In this document: piece by piece, positions 12,274-26,625 of the stretch
Layout: each line of letters begins with the position of its first letter
How positions within the stretch are numbered: the first letter of the stretch is position 1
Source: the human T2T-CHM13v2.0 reference genome, Homo sapiens
Length of the DNA stretch: 64,000 nt
Strand: one strand, 5' to 3'
Assembly: GCF_009914755.1 (NCBI RefSeq)
Contig: NC_060927.1
Position numbers and translations under genes: made by a program
Notes under the pieces: generated by a model
The model's input: only the letters and a program-made list of their open reading frames with translations
What the model was told of the DNA's origin: nothing
Databases searched by the model: none

Positions 12274-13480
12274 AGAAAACCAACAAAGCAAAGCAAAACT
12301 GAGGTTCCAGTCCATCATTCCTGAAGAAGGAGCCAAGGGCAGCTTTGAATGCTGTAAATCATGCTGTAAAACTCATTGGCAGGTGTTGAAAAAATCCAGT
12401 GGGTTTTGGATCAAATTCTGCACTATGAGAGTTCATTATTCCCTCTGGTGAATAAGTGCATTCATTGATAAACCTGGCAAAATTTGGAACAAAACCAATT
12501 TAAAGTGCCATATAAAAATTTGTTCATTTGATAACCTTAAAGTGATTTCAGTTCTGTTTTACATTAGTCATCAAAGATAAGAGCAAAATTGTATTTATGA
12601 TGGCAGTGGCTTTCAGTATCTTGTATAAGAAAGGGGCTGTTAAGACTGCCACCAAGGAATGATGATTTCAAAGTTCTCATTATGTACTTCAAACTTTCCA
12701 ACACAGTTGTTATTATTGCTATAGTAAAGAGAAACAAGAATCCAAACATTTCCTCTTTTTCCTCCTGATCAACATCTTCATCCTTTCCTTCCTTGTCACC
12801 CTCCAGGTCACAGGGGTCATCCATCTTTCCTTCTATGTGACTGGTTTGCTCTTGCATATCATGTTTTCCGGTAAGATTGACTTGGAGGTTATTTCTGAGG
12901 GGATTTTTAATATTTGCAAGTGATATTTCCATAGATTAATAACAATCTGACTTTTAAAAAGTTTTAAAGAAATCTTAGCTAGATCTCCCCACTTCACCTC
13001 CTCTTAACTTTTTCCCCTTTTTAAAAGCCTATATAAAAAAATGAATAGTGAGAACCTCCCACTAGCAACCCACATATTTTCCCTCCAAATGGGCTGCTCA
13101 TCTTTTGAGGCAGTTTTTCACATGGTTTTGGCTTTCACACTTTTGGTCGTCTGTCATGTTTTGTTTACTAGAACAGGTGTAGATTTAGTTCTATCTTTAC
13201 AAAGCATGTACAATGGAGAGGAAAATACAAGACTTTGCTTTATAGAAATGAAAGAGGAGGAATGAAGCCTTAGGCATACAAATAATAAACTGGAAGCCTG
13301 GAGTTAGTTTTCCTTATGCTGTCCTGACCTCTTTGATGAGTCCAGGTTTTTGTTTAGTGCCCCTGGGAAGGATCCATGTGATCGTAATTTTCGGGGAGAA
13401 GATCATCCAGCGTCTAGTGTTGTGTCTTTACTTTAGCTGTGTCTCAGTGGGAACCTAGTAATTTAAAAAAATCCATGTCA

Positions 13481-13618
13481 AGTCTCGGGAGGCTGAGCTG
13501 GGAGGATCACTTGAGCTGGCGAGGTGGAGGCTGCAGTGAGCCAGATTGTGCCACTGTACTCCAGCCTGGGTGACAGAGCAACACCTTTTCTCAAAATAAA
13601 TAAATAAACAAATAAAAG
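13481..13618 (+). mobile_element. 5'-truncated Alu right arm (AluJ/FRAM-like)
   Basis: ctcgggaggctgag...ccagcctgggtgacagagc plus (AAAT)n tail; perfect 16-bp TSD aaaaaaatccatgtca (13465-13480 / 13619-13634). Confidence 0.9.
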
Positions 13619-14289
13619 AAAAAAATCCATGTCATTGGAGTTTTCTCCAAGTTGTTCTCTTTGTGTAACATCTAAGATGGAAGCCTCAATCCTACCACTG
13701 CCACTCCTCCAATTCACAGCCGAGTATTCTGCAACTTCGAGCTCGTAAGGACCAGTGTGCTAATGGCAGCAGAACATTCAAACTCAGTAGAATGCTGCCC
13801 AGTACTGTGGCTATGGGGGCTGTGGTAGTCAACAGAAGAGGCAGTGGCTCCCAGGGAGTGTGATGGTGCAAAAGAGGAGAGTAGTTGGGGAAAAGGCAGA
13901 CTGCAGATGAGCTTGCATGGGAGCCCTCTTCAAAGTACCATAGAGGAGGGATTTTTACAGGCACCTGGGGTATGCATTAGCAGGAGCTAGTAGAGAAGGG
14001 AATGGAGAGCCAGCAAACATGTGTTATGATATCTTCTGAGAATGATATCTTACCAGATTTATTTAATATTTCCCTCTCTATTGTCAGTGAAAATGTAATG
14101 GTATAAGGGGAGAGTTGATGGAAGAGTGCTTACAGATTTTGGTACTTTGGTTATCTTTGTAGTAAAATTTCCTAAACTCACAAGTAATTCATGTTCTCAA
14201 CATAAAGATAACAATGAAAGAGTCTTACACTCCTGTGAGGCTCTCTCCTTTTCAGAGGGCCCCCTATAGATGCCCCTCATGCACAGTAT

Positions 14290-14455
14290 TTCAGTGAGGT
14301 TGACAGACCATGTATTTACTTCCACTTTGACAGGGGCAACCTGAACCTTCGAGATGTGGAAGTATTTCCAAGAGTGAGGCAGCTAAGAAATGGAGGGACT
14401 AATAAACCCAGTTATTCTAACTCCAAGATCATACTCTTTCTACCAAATCATGCTC
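14290..14455 (-). mobile_element. MIR
   Basis: ccactttgacaggggcaacctgaaccttcgagatgtggaagtatttccaag...cagctaagaaatgg...tctaactccaagatcatactctttctacc. Confidence 0.6.
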
Positions 14456-16114
14456 ATTATATTAATTTTTTAAAATAACAAAAATGGCTTACATTAATTT
14501 TTTATAAATTTATATGAAATATACCACTGGGCTAAGCTGATTTCTATAGTTTCTATAATGTAAATAGAATAATGATACTATGTAGTAATGCATTATGCAA
14601 TTTTCAAAGCACAGCAAATTTTAAATAGCATAAGAAGTTAACAGGCAAGTTATTGTTACCTGTATTTGACATAGAAGGAAACTGAGGAAAAAGGAAGTTA
14701 CATAACGTCTCAAATCTTCTGATTCCCTGTCATCATCTAAGAGTAGATTGCTTCTTAAAATTCTTCACATCATCACATAAGTAACCTTTATAACTATGAT
14801 ATAGCCACATTTGTATATTTACTGTCATGTTCCTAAATTTAACTCATGATTTTTCTTCCTTCATATGCTTCGTATATTGTCCTGGGCTCTCTTTTCAGGG
14901 CATTTATGGTTAACTCTGAAGCAAAGTTGCTTCCATCTGTAATTAAATAGTTCATTGATTTTCTTGGAAGCAAAATAAGATCATCTCAACAACCACATGC
15001 AAACATCCCTCTTTACCTCCCTCCCAAACCCAGCCTTTAAAAAAAAGCATGAAGCTTGTCAAAAATGTCACCTTTTATATTGGCTATGTATTAGAAAAAC
15101 AAAAACAAAAATTGATTTGAAAATAATTGAGGTGTGTGGATGTCAGAGGTGTTGCCTGCTGTGCTAACTGCCTTGCTGAGACTGATTCTTGGTATCTGTT
15201 GGCCTCCTTGAGATAGCTACTGGGCTTGCACCTTCACCAAAGGAGACATAATAAAAAGTTTGCAGATATTTAAGAAGGAAAAGAAAAACAGCCTTTTTTT
15301 TTCTTTCCTATAGCAGTCAGGAAGGACTATATATTGTATATATTGCTATATATATATATATAGCAAATCAACTGGGAGAAACCACCTTCAGCATTGAGTC
15401 TGAAGCACATCCCTCCAGAATGCTAAGTTCCTTTCTCTTCAGCATCAAAAGCCAGAACACTCTTCTTGGATCCCAATCACTGAAAGAAGCTTTTCTAAAA
15501 AGAAGTAATTATGTATCGAACTCTCTACTGAAGAGAATAATTATGTAGAATAATTAAAGGGGATATTTTAGAAATTTTTCCCACTTTTTGATGTCTACTG
15601 CTCCATGGAGAAAGTTAATGTAATTCAAAGATTAGCTAAAAATTTGGCAGGAAATAGGGGGAGCTAAAACCATTGTGATGTGGATGACTGGGATGTAGAC
15701 TCAGAGAGCCTTTCAATGTGTGGAGGCTTCATCCCTAAAACTGTAAAATAGGAATATGGAGAGGACAGTAGTAGTTACCTGGGGATAATAATTCATATGT
15801 AAAATCTTTGAACATTCATTGAACTGTTGTCCTCCTTCCAGTTTCAAGGAGAGGAGCCTTAGCATATGTAGCACCTGCCATATCAGGGAATGGCTATTTA
15901 GTATTGAGAATACATGGAGGTGCATTTTAAAGTCAGATGGTATTTATTTCAACTCACAATCTCTACTTTTTACTTGTACTTGGATGTGATTAGACTAGGG
16001 AGGAGGAGGAAGAAGGACTACTTAACTGAAGTTATCAAATATAAGGCTTTCCCACAGAATAACTGTAGATGTGATGGTTATGTCAGTCATGACCATTTTG
16101 GTTGACCAGAACAT

Positions 16115-17828
<1,714 letters not shown>

Positions 17829-18207
17829 CTCATTAGTCCATTTTCACACTGCTATAAAGAAATTTATCTGAGATTGGGTAATTTATAAAAAAAAATTTAT
17901 AAAATTTACTCACAGTTCCACATGGCTGGGGAGACCTCAATAAATTTACAGTCATGGCAGAAAGGGAAGCAGGCACCTTCTTCACATGGAAGGAGGAGAG
18001 AGAATGTGTGAAGGAGAAACTGTCAAACACTTATAAAACTATTAGATCTCAGGGGGACTATCATGAGAACAACATGGGGGAAACCTCTCCCCATGATCCA
18101 CTCACCTTCTTCCCTTGGCACATGGGGATTACAGGTCCCTCTCTGGACATGTGGGGATTACAATTTGAGATAAGATTTGGGAGGGGACACAGAGCCAAAC
18201 CATATCA
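17829..18207 (-). mobile_element. THE1D-like 5' LTR
   Basis: attagtccattttcacactgctataaag...ggggattacaatttgagataagatttgggaggggacacagagccaaaccatatca. Confidence 0.88.
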
Positions 18208-18905
18208 CCCAGTAAGATACTCCATGAGAAGATCAACCCCAAGATACACAATCATCAGATTCTCCAAGGTTGAAATGAAAGAAAAAATGTTAAGGGCAGT
18301 CAGAGAAAAAGGACAGGTAACCTACTAAAGGAAGCCCATCAGACTAACAGTGGACCTCTCAGTAGAAACCCTGCAAGCCAGAGGAGATTGAGGACAAATA
18401 CTCAACATTCTAAAAGAAAAGAATTTCAAACCCAAAATTTCATATCCAGCCAAACTAAGCTTCATAAGTGAAGGATAAATGAAATCCTTTACAGACAAGC
18501 AAATGCTGAAGGAATTTATCACCACCAGGCCTCCCTTGCAAGAGCTCCTGAAGGAAGTACTAAATAAGGAAAGAAAAATCTGTTGCCAGCCACTATAAAA
18601 ACTCCATGAAGTACATAGACCAGTGACACTATGAAGCAACCATATAAACAAGTCTGTGAAATAACCACCTGCCATCATGATGACAGGATCAGATTTACAC
18701 ATGACAATACTAACCTTAAATGTAAATGGGATAAATGCCCCAATTAAAAGACACAGAATAGCAAGCTGGATAAAGAGCCAAAACTTATCAGTATGCTGTC
18801 TTCAAGAGACCCATCTCACATGCAAAGACACATACAGACTCAAAATAAAGGGATGGAGGAAAATTTACCAAGCAAATGGAAAACAGAAAAAAGCATGGGT
18901 TGCAA

Positions 18906-19212
18906 CCAGACATGGTGGCTCACACCTGTAACCCCAGCACTTTGGGAGGCCAAGGCGGATGGATCATTTGAGGTCAGGAGTTCGAGACCAGCCCGGACAA
19001 CATGGTGAAACCCTGTCTCTACTAAAAATACAAAAATTAGTCAGGTGGTAGAGGTGCATGCCTGTAATCCCAGCTACTCAGGAGGCTGAGGCAGAAGAAT
19101 CGCTTGAACCTAGGAGGTAGAGGGTGTGGTGAGTCGAGATTGCACCACTGCACTCTAGCCTGGGTGAGAGAGTGAGAGCCTGTGACACACACACACACAC
19201 ACACAGACACAC
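18906..19212 (+). mobile_element. AluS inserted in the L1 endonuclease region; tail converted to (CA)n
   Basis: Alu dimer; TSD aaaagcatgggttgcaa / aaaagcacaggttgcaa. Confidence 0.95.
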
Positions 19213-22200
19213 AAAAGCACAGGTTGCAATCCTAGTTTCCGACAAAACAAGCTTTAAGCCAACAAAGGTCAAAAAAGACAAAGAAGGGCATTACATAATG
19301 GTAAAGTGCTCAACAAGAAGAATTAACTATCCTTAATATATATGCATGCAATGCAGGAAGACCCAGATTCATAAAGCAAGTTCTTAGAAACCTACAAAGA
19401 AACTTAGACTTCCATGCAATAATATTGGAAGATTTTAACACTTCACTGACAATATTAGACAGATCTTTGAGACAGAAAATTAATAATGATATTGAGGACC
19501 AGAACTCAGCTCTGCATCAAGTGCAACTGATAGATATCTACAGAACTCTCCAGCCAAAAACAACAGAATATACATTCTTCTCATCACCACATGGCACTTA
19601 ATCTAGAATTGATCTCATAATCAGAAGTGAAACACTCCTCAGCAAATGCAAAAGGACTGAAATCATAACAAACAGTCTCTCAGGCCACAGAGCAATGAAA
19701 TTAGAACTCAAGACTAGGAAATTCACTCAAAACCACACAACTAATGGAAATTGAATAACTTGCTCCTAAATGACTCTTGGGTAAACAGTGAAATCAAGGC
19801 AGAAATCAAGAAGTTCTTTGAAACTAATGAAAACAGAGACAACATACCAGAATCTCTGGGATGCAGCTAAAGCAGGTTAAGAGGGAAACTGATAGCACTA
19901 AATACCCACATCAAAAAGCTAGAAAGATCTCAAGTTAACAACCTAACGTTATATCCAAAACAAACAAACAAACAAACAAAAAAACTAGAGAACCAAGAGC
20001 AAACAAACCCCAAATCTAGCAGAAGACAAGAAATAACAAGATCAGAGCTGAAATGGAGACAGAGACATAAAAAAACTCTTCAAAAATCAACAAATCCAAG
20101 AGCTGATTTTTTGAAAAAAAAAAGTAATAAAATAGTAGACTGCCAGTTAGAGTAATAAAGAAGAAAAGAGAGAAGAATCAAACAACACAATCAGAAATGA
20201 TAAAGGGGATATCACCATTGACCCCACAGAAATACAAACAACCATCAGAGATGACTATAAACACCTCTATGCACATAAACTAGAAAATCTAGAAGAAATG
20301 GATAAATTCCTGGATACATACACCCTCCCAAGACTGAACCAAGGAGAAATTGAATCCCTGAATAGACCAATAATGAGTTCTGAAATTGAGGCAGTAATAA
20401 ATAGCCTAACAACCAAAAAGCCTAGAACCAGAAAGATTCACAGCTGAATTTAACCAGAGGTACAAAGAACAGCTGGTACCATTTCTACTGAAACTATTAC
20501 AAAAAAAGGAAAAGGATAGATTTCTCCCTAACTCATTCTATGAGGCCAGTATCATCCTGATACCAAAACCTGGCAGAGATAAAACAAAAAATGAAAACTT
20601 CAGGCCAATATCGTTGATGAACATCAATGTAAAAATTCTCAATAAAATACTGGCAAACCAAATCCAGCGGCACATCAAAAAGTTTAACCACCATGATCAA
20701 GTTGGCTTCATCTCCAGGATGCAAGGTTAGGTCAACATAAGCAAATCAATAAATGTGATTCATCACATAAACAGAACTAAAGACGAAAACCACATGATTA
20801 TCTCAATAGGTGCAGAAAAGGCCTTCAATAAAATTAAACACCCCTTCGTGTTAAAAACTCTCCATAAACTAGGTATTGAAGGAACATCCCTCAAAATAAT
20901 AAGAGCCATATATGACAAACCCATAGCCAATATCATAGTGAATGGGCAAAAGCTGGAAGCATTCCTTTTGAAAACCGGCACATGACAAGGATGTCTTCTC
21001 TCACCACTCCTATTCAACACAGTATTGGAAGTTCTGGCCAGGATAATCAGACAAGAGAAAGAAATAAAGTGAATTCAAATAGGAAGAGAGGAAGTCAAAT
21101 TATCTTTGTTTGCAGAAGACATTTTCCTATATCTAGAAAACCCTGTTGTCTCAGCCCAAAAGCTTCTTAAGCTGATAAGCAACTTCAGCAGTCTCAGCAT
21201 ACAAAATCAATGTGCAAAAATTGCTAGCATTCCTACACACCAACAACAGGCAGAGAGCCAAATCATGAATGAACTCCCATTCACAATTGCTACAAAGAGA
21301 ATAAAATACCTAGGAATTTAGCTAACAAGGGAAGTAAAGGATCCTTTAAAGAGAACTATAAACCATTGCTCAAAGAAATCACAGAAAACACAAGCAAATG
21401 GAAAAACATTTCATGCTCATAAATAGGAAGAATCAATATCATGAAAATGGCCAAACTGCCCAAAGTAATTGATAGATTCAATGTCATTCCTATTCAACTA
21501 CCATTGGCATTCTTTATAGAATTAGAAAGAAGAGTTTTAAATTCATATGGAAGCAAGAGCCCAAATAGCCAAGATAATCCTAAGCAAAAAGAACGAGGCA
21601 TCATGCTACTCAACTTCAAACTATACTACAAGGCTACAGTAACCAAAACAGCATGATACTGGTACAAGGACAGGCATACAGACCAGTGGAACAGAATAGA
21701 GAACTCAGAAATAAGACCACAGACCTACAACCATTTGATCCTTGACAAAGCTCACAAAAACAAGCAATGAGGAAAGGATTCCTTATTTAATAAATGATGC
21801 TGGGATAACTGGCTAGCCATATGAAGAAAATTGAAACTGGACCCCTTCCTTTTACCTTATACAAAAATTAACTCAAGATGGATTAAAGACTTAAATGTAA
21901 AACCCAAAACTATAAAAACCCTAGAAGAAAATCTAGGCAATACCATTCAGGACATAGGCATGGGCAAAAATTTCATGACAAAAATGCCAAAAGCAATTGC
22001 AACAAAAGCAAAAATTGATAAATGGGATTTAATTAAACTAAAGAGCTTCTGCATAGCAAAAGAAACTATTATCAGAGTGAAGAGAAAACCTACAGAATGG
22101 GAGAAAGTTTTTGCAATCTATCCATCTGACAAAGGTTTAATATCCAGAATCTATGAGGAACTTAAACAAATTAACAAGAAAAAAATAAACAACCCCATTA

Positions 22201-22658
22201 AAAAGTGGTCAAAGAACATGAACAGACACTTCTCAAAAGAAGACATACATGCAGCCAACAAACATGAAACAAAGCTCAACATCACTGATTATTAGAAAAA
22301 CGCAAATCAAAACCACAATGAGATACCATCTCACACCATTCAGAATGTCTACTATTACAATGTCAAAAAACAATAGATGCTTGCAAGGTTGCAGAGAAAG
22401 GAATGCTTTTACACTGTTGGTGGGAGTGTAAATCAGTTCAACCACTGTGGAAGACAGTGTGGTGATTCCTCAGAGACCTAGAGGCAGAAATACTATTTGA
22501 CCCAGCAATCCCATTACTGGGTATATACCCAAAGAAATATAAATCATTCTGTTATAAAGATCCATGCATGTGTATGCTCATTGCAGCACTATTCACAATG
22601 GTAAAGACATAGAATCAACTTAAATGCCCATCAATGATAGACTGGATAAAGAAATTGT

Positions 22659-22700
22659 GAGATATATACATACATATATATATATGTATGTATATATCTC
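22659..22700. repeat. Perfect 42-bp AT-rich palindrome
   Basis: gagatatatacatacatatatatatatgtatgtatatatctc equals its own reverse complement. Confidence 0.95.
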
Positions 22701-23134
22701 CAATGGAATACTATGCAGCCATATAAAGGAATGAGATCATGTCTTTTGCAGGGACATGGATAGAGTTGGAAGCCATTATCCTCAGCAAACTAATGCAGGA
22801 ACAGAAAACCAAACATCACATGTTCTCATTTATAAGTGGGAGCTGAATGATTAGAACACATGGCCACATAGTTGGGGAACAACACACACTTGGGCCTGTC
22901 AGAGCAGGGTTGTGGGGAGGAAGAGCATCAGGAATAATAGCTAAGGGATGCTGGGCTTAATACCTAGGTGATGGTATGATCTGTCCAGGAAACCACCATG
23001 GCACATGTTTACCTATATAACAAACCTGCACATCCTGCACATGTACCCCTGAGCTTAAACTAGAAGTTAATAAAATAATATGAACATTTCAACCATAGAG
23101 CAGGGTAGGAAATAAGGAAATAAATAAATGGCAA

Positions 23135-23365
23135 GACAGTGTGGACTCCAGAGCCCATCAGTGGCCTATCAATCATGAGTCTACCACTTTTTAGCTCTGT
23201 GATCTTGGGTAAGTTACTTAGCCTGTTACCACATCTCAAAAATAAAGATAAGGACTATACTTATCTCACTGGTTTATTGCGAAGATTAAAAAATTGCCTA
23301 CCAAATACTTAATACATTATCTGGCAAACAATATGTGCTCAATAAAATATATGCATTATTATTAT
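23135..23365 (+). mobile_element. MIR
   Basis: tctaccactttttagctctgtgatcttgggtaagttacttagcc...gtgctcaataaa...attattattat. Confidence 0.8.
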
Positions 23366-23639
23366 GGGTAACTTTACTGTTCTCTCAGACTATAAGACCC
23401 AAACTCTCAAATTCCAAATTTATTTGTGATGGCTCCTTTTTTTTGGCACTATCTTTGCCCACCAGCCAGTAAATAGTTAAATTATTTAAATTCCATGATC
23501 TCAACCCTTTATCTCCTTTTCTAATACCTCCTCTGAAATGCAGCTCCTCATGACTTTCCTCCTAGCAACAGAAAATCTTTTCTAATTGCCTTTGTAGCTC
23601 TGAGCACATCATTTCTTTTTAAGGATTGTCTATTGCAAC

Positions 23640-23948
23640 TATTTTATTTAATTTCATTTTATTTTTGGAGACAGGGTCTTACTCTGTCAACTGTGTTGGA
23701 GTGCAGGGGGGGCAATCATGACTCACTGCATCGACCTCCAAAGCTCAAGTGATCCTCCCACCTTAGCCTCCTGAGTAGCTGAGACTCCAGGTGTGCACTA
23801 CCAAACCTGGTACAATTTTTTAAATTTTTTTTGTAGAGACGAGGGTCTTGCTATGTTGCCCAGGATGGTCTGGAACTCTGGGGCTCAAGCAATCCTCCCG
23901 CCTCAACCTCTTAAAGTGCTGGGGTTACAGGTGTGAGACACTGTGCCC
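23640..23948 (-). mobile_element. Alu (AluJ-type)
   Basis: gagacagggtcttactctgtc...gctcaagtgatcctcccacc...ggggttacaggtgtgagacactgtgcc. Confidence 0.92.
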
Positions 23949-23994
23949 TACCGCACATTATTTCTATATTTAAGATCTGCCCTTACATGACATT

Positions 23995-24487
23995 GCAATA
24001 GATTATAATTTTGGTCATAATTCTTCACTCCCCTGTGATAGGATTGTACATTCATACCTTTGTCTGGTAACTTTGCTGTGCCCTCCTGCTGGGTTTGTTT
24101 CCTCACCCCATGTGACTTGCTTTGGCAATGAAATATGAGTAGATGTTGCAAGAGCAAAGGTCTTACCTGTGTTTTTTTATGATTTGGCTCAGCTCTTATG
24201 CTCCAGATCCATCATGAGAAGAACATGCCCTGGATTCCTGCTATCCCTTTAGCCATGGCTCCAAAATTAACACACACAAGGAAGACCTGAGGTCAATCCA
24301 CAGCCTGGATTCAAGTCACCTAATACATAGGAGAATCAGAGCTACCCAGCCAAACTCAATCTACGTTAACTGAACCTCAGCTGACCTGCAGATTTATGAG
24401 TATGAGAATAAAGGCTTGTTAATGTATATCATTAAGTTTTGTGGTGCTTACTATACATCATAATTGTGTTGATACCTGACTAGCACA
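23995..24487 (+). mobile_element. MaLR LTR, MLT1H-like
   Basis: catgtgacttgctttggcaatgaaatatgagtagatg...catgagaagaacatgccctgg...ctgacctgcagatttatgagtatgagaataaa...ctgactagcaca. Confidence 0.8.
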
Positions 24488-24809
24488 GATTACTTTTCCA
24501 GCTTCACCTCTGACCATACTCTTGTAAATATGCTATAGTCCAGCTAATTATAACAACTTGATGACCTCTCCCTGTGCCCTTGGCTTTTCTACCTTTGGTA
24601 TCCTGGTCCTCCTCTCCGTCTTCACATGAATATATGTAGCTGGTAGTTATTGGTTCTGGGCTAAGTAATCATGGGCGACCACTCTGTAACCTTCTCCACT
24701 CTCAGGGCAGGCTGCCATGCCATTCATGATTTTGAATTTTTTAGTTTACCTTTTCATATTTGTATAGTTTGATTCCACTACTAAAGAGAGACCTTGATTT
24801 TTAATAAAG

Positions 24810-25010
24810 AATTATTATTTATTGAGGGCCTTTATGTTCTAGAATTCTAATTGGTATTTTATATACAATGTCCATCCATGAGGTAGAGATTATTTTCCCC
24901 AATTTTATAGAAGGGGGAGGGGAGATTCAGAGAAGTTATGGAACTTGTTCAAAATGTGAACAGTAGAGGTAAGGCTGAAATCCACTTTTCTCCTGTTTCT
25001 CACTACTATG
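24810..25010 (-). mobile_element. MIR
   Basis: tttattgagggcctttatgttctag...catgaggtagagattattttccccaattttatagaag. Confidence 0.65.
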
Positions 25011-25625
25011 CTTTTTGGCTGTGCCATTTTATCTTTTACAGTTATAACCTCAAAAAATTAACACGTTAATTGATTTTTTAAACAGATAAGTGATAGAAAC
25101 AACAGTTGTGAAAATCTGGAACATAAAGTGCCACATCTTAGTGGTTTTATTAAAGAAATATTAATTTAAAAATTAGATTTTAAACCTTAAATGGCTCATG
25201 CCTCCATCTCTTGAGGCCTGCCTTGTGTATTGCCAATGTTTGTGTCTTCAAGTTCTATAGAACTCAAAAGGAAACCACAGAACAACCACCCCAGGATAGC
25301 AGAGAGAGTCTGACCTAAGCCCACAGAAGCCAAAAGTAGCAGGGTTGGAGTTGAAAGCTTACACTTTGTCTTCAGCTCACACCCTGACACCTTTAGGCTT
25401 TGTCTTTTTTTAACATCAGGGTGCCAGCCTCGAATTTTTAAACCTTAACTCTGAATTTCTTGACTTTCCATATGTTTAAGATACACTTTGTGTGTTACTG
25501 TTTTGAAACAGCTGTTTGTCAGAGCTAGGGAGGAGGGAGGGAATCAAAGTTTAATGGGAGGTGCTTGTCTTAGAAGTGAGGCTGCTGAGCTCGATTCTTA
25601 CAAGTTGAAGGGCCTCACTCTAAAT

Positions 25626-25845
25626 CAGGGTTTCTCAGCCTCCGCACTATTGACTTTTGCGGCCAGGTAGTTCTTTGTTGTGGACGTCCAGGTTCCTTAA
25701 ATATTGGTTAGCAGCTTTCTGGCCTCTACTCACCAGAGACCAGTGACACTGCTTTCCTCAGCTGTGACAATCAAAAGTATCTACAGATGTTGCCAAATAT
25801 CTGTAACCTTCCCTGTGGCAAAATTGCTCTGATTGAGAACCATTG
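25626..25845 (+). mobile_element. MER20 hAT-Charlie MITE
   Basis: cagggtttctcagcctccgcactattgacttttg...gttgccaaatatc...ttgagaaccattg; perfect 8-bp TSD ctctaaat (25618-25625 / 25846-25853). Confidence 0.92.
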
Positions 25846-25874
25846 CTCTAAATGAATTAAAAAGACTGAGATCA

Positions 25875-26050
25875 TTTTGTTGTTATTGTTGCTGTCTTTT
25901 AGAGACGGGATCTCACTCTGTCACCTAGCATAGAGTGCAGTGGTGAGATCATAGCTCACTGCAGCCTTGACTTCTTGGGCTCAAGTCATCCTCTTGCCCC
26001 AGCCTCCAGAGTAGCTGGGACTACTGGTGTACACCACCATGCCTGGCTAG
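25875..26050 (-). mobile_element. Alu right monomer (FRAM-type)
   Basis: Right arm only; TSD gactgagatca (25864-25874 / 26051-26061). Confidence 0.88.
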
Positions 26051-26459
26051 GACTGAGATCAAACTCAGAAAGGAAGGCAAAATAAAGAGATGACAGATGA
26101 ACATATCTAGAAAAATTATCCTGGTACTAGTTAGATGGACTATGAATGCATTTTACTTTTTAAACAAATCTTATTTATATTATAAATATCTTAGGAAACA
26201 AAAAATCAAATAGAAGGGCCATTACTAAATGACCGTTCTCAAAAAATCAAGCAACTTGCATAGATATACCCAGTAAATTAAAGGTGAACCCTAAACTAAA
26301 ACTTGTCTCTCAGAGCAGGTTATGTATATTGGTGTAGTGACTTGGTAGACTAAGAGCAAAAGTATTCTTGATCTTGGAGTTCAATGTCCGCAGAGCCAGA
26401 AAACCTGAGAGCTCTGCTATTTTTAAGCTGCTACATATTGACTGCCTCAATTGCTTCAG

Positions 26460-26625
26460 GGGCTTTGCTTTGTGTCTTACTATATGAGGTAGACATTATT
26501 GTTCCCATTTTACGGATGATGAATATGAGGTATACAGAGGTATCACTTGCCCAGGTTCACGGGGACATGGTCAAGAATTAAAATCAGGTCTGCCTGGCTA
26601 TCAAGCTTGGGCTCTTCAATCATTA
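26460..26625 (-). mobile_element. MIR
   Basis: tatgaggtagacattattgttcccattttacggatgatgaatatgagg...cacttgcccaggttcac. Confidence 0.75.

Larger units (their letters stand above)
18208..23080 (+). mobile_element. Decayed primate L1 (L1PA12-14/L1PREC2-like): 3' half of ORF1, ORF2 and 3'UTR
   Basis: ORF1 remnant RSTPRYTIIRFSKVEMKEKMLRAVREKGQVTY; ORF2 start [26 protein letters not shown] (18677); RT fragments [15 protein letters not shown] and [13 protein letters not shown]; C-terminal KLDPFL...; 3'UTR ending aacaaacctgcacatcctgcacatgtacccctg and A-rich tail; many stops and frameshifts. Confidence 0.97.

Noticed and set aside
16090-16100. atgaccatttt as a possible left TSD for the L1 ending at about 23080 (atgaacatttc)
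   Set aside because: Match is too short and imperfect in AT-rich DNA to support a single composite insertion.
17954-18328. 124-aa ORF fusing LTR-derived residues to L1 ORF1 sequence
   Set aside because: Chance in-frame read from the antisense THE1D LTR into a decayed ORF1 that stops at 18328; no support for expression.
18677-22431. L1 ORF2 (EN/RT) fragments as an active retroelement or domesticated gene
   Set aside because: Many stops and frameshifts, an Alu in the EN domain, and the catalytic FADD motif altered to FAED.
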